Positions 63,591 through 64,000 of a DNA stretch of 64,000 nucleotides are shown in pieces (position 1 is the first letter of the stretch; every line of letters starts with the position of its first letter). The notes below the pieces were generated by a model. The model ran no database searches and had not been told where the DNA came from. It saw only the letters and a list, made by a program, of their open reading frames with translations. The translations under genes and the position numbers were made by a program. This DNA is from Candidatus Obscuribacterales bacterium (lineage in GTDB: Bacteria > Cyanobacteriota > Vampirovibrionia > Obscuribacterales > Obscuribacteraceae): assembly GCA_965228855.1 (NCBI GenBank), contig CBDDIJ010000002.1, positions 704,001 to 768,000 of the forward strand. The letters are read 5' to 3'.

Positions 63591-63739
63591 CTACTATATT
63601 CTTTCGTATACATCAAGCCCCAAAACAGCGCCCCTGTAACAGTCTTCGACACCAGCCGTTTCGCCAACCCGCACAATATACGGGTTTGGCTACGAGAGAA
63701 TGACAGAATTTGCCAAAAGCGTCATTCTCTCATAGACAA
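63591..63739 (+). repeat. Dispersed element, copy 8 (long arm + core 63686-63739)
   Basis: CTACTATA 95 bp before TTGGCTA...TGACA-N14-CGTCA...TAGACAA. Confidence 0.9.
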
Positions 63740-63813
63740 CAGCTCAGACCTCGTCAATCGAGAATCCCACGATGACCGAGAAGCGCGCGCGTGTGCTCGG
63801 AAGGCAATTTCTG

Positions 63814-64000
63814 TCAGTCTTGTTTACCGGTGACCACCTCAATCTCTACTCCGGAAACCTCCTTTTTCAACCTGAAGTGCAACAACCACATGCCGGCAAA
63901 GAACACCGTCAGAAGCAGGCCAGCGCTTCCGGAATACTGCGCCGTGGTGTCCCACAATCCATGCAAGAAAGCCGTGAAAGCGAGCGCGAGAGTCGGGTAT
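63814..64000 (-). CDS. C-terminal end of a membrane protein, possibly a PrsW-family protease (partial)
   Basis: YPTLALAFTAFLHGLWD...KQD* open to the window edge. Confidence 0.55.
   Translation of the reverse strand, partial: YPTLALAFTAFLHGLWDTTAQYSGSAGLLLTVFFAGMWLLHFRLKKEVSGVEIEVVTGKQD

Overview
Bacterial chromosomal window with about 45 CDSs and one tRNA-Asp(GTC). The gene style (transmembrane Ser/Thr kinase, DUF4388, Uma2, TPR and HEAT proteins) suggests Melainabacteria/Obscuribacterales, which is inference only. No rRNA, CRISPR array, integrase or transposase is visible. The main discovery is a dispersed, non-coding tripartite DNA element at 8 loci plus 1 core-less remnant. It has a 54-bp four-box dyad core, TTG(G/T)CTA-N8-TG(A/C)CG-N14-CG(T/G)CA-N8-TAG(A/C)CAA. 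The core is flanked by two inverted arms that end in CTACTATA/TATAGTAG boxes at fixed distances (95-98 bp on one side, 84-87 bp on the other). Arm sequence is otherwise divergent. The arms are repeatedly tandem-duplicated with one breakpoint at the box. Nearly every GC-rich accessory gene block is transcribed toward such an element, and most end in a terminator about 8-20 bp from the box. One small gene sits between two cores. This looks like an undescribed gene-capture/recombination or chromosome-topology site family. Other oddities are a CRIPT-like Cys-rich microprotein, a four-member secreted beta-repeat paralog family, an SDR with an in-frame amber codon, and a Walker-A-less MoxR.
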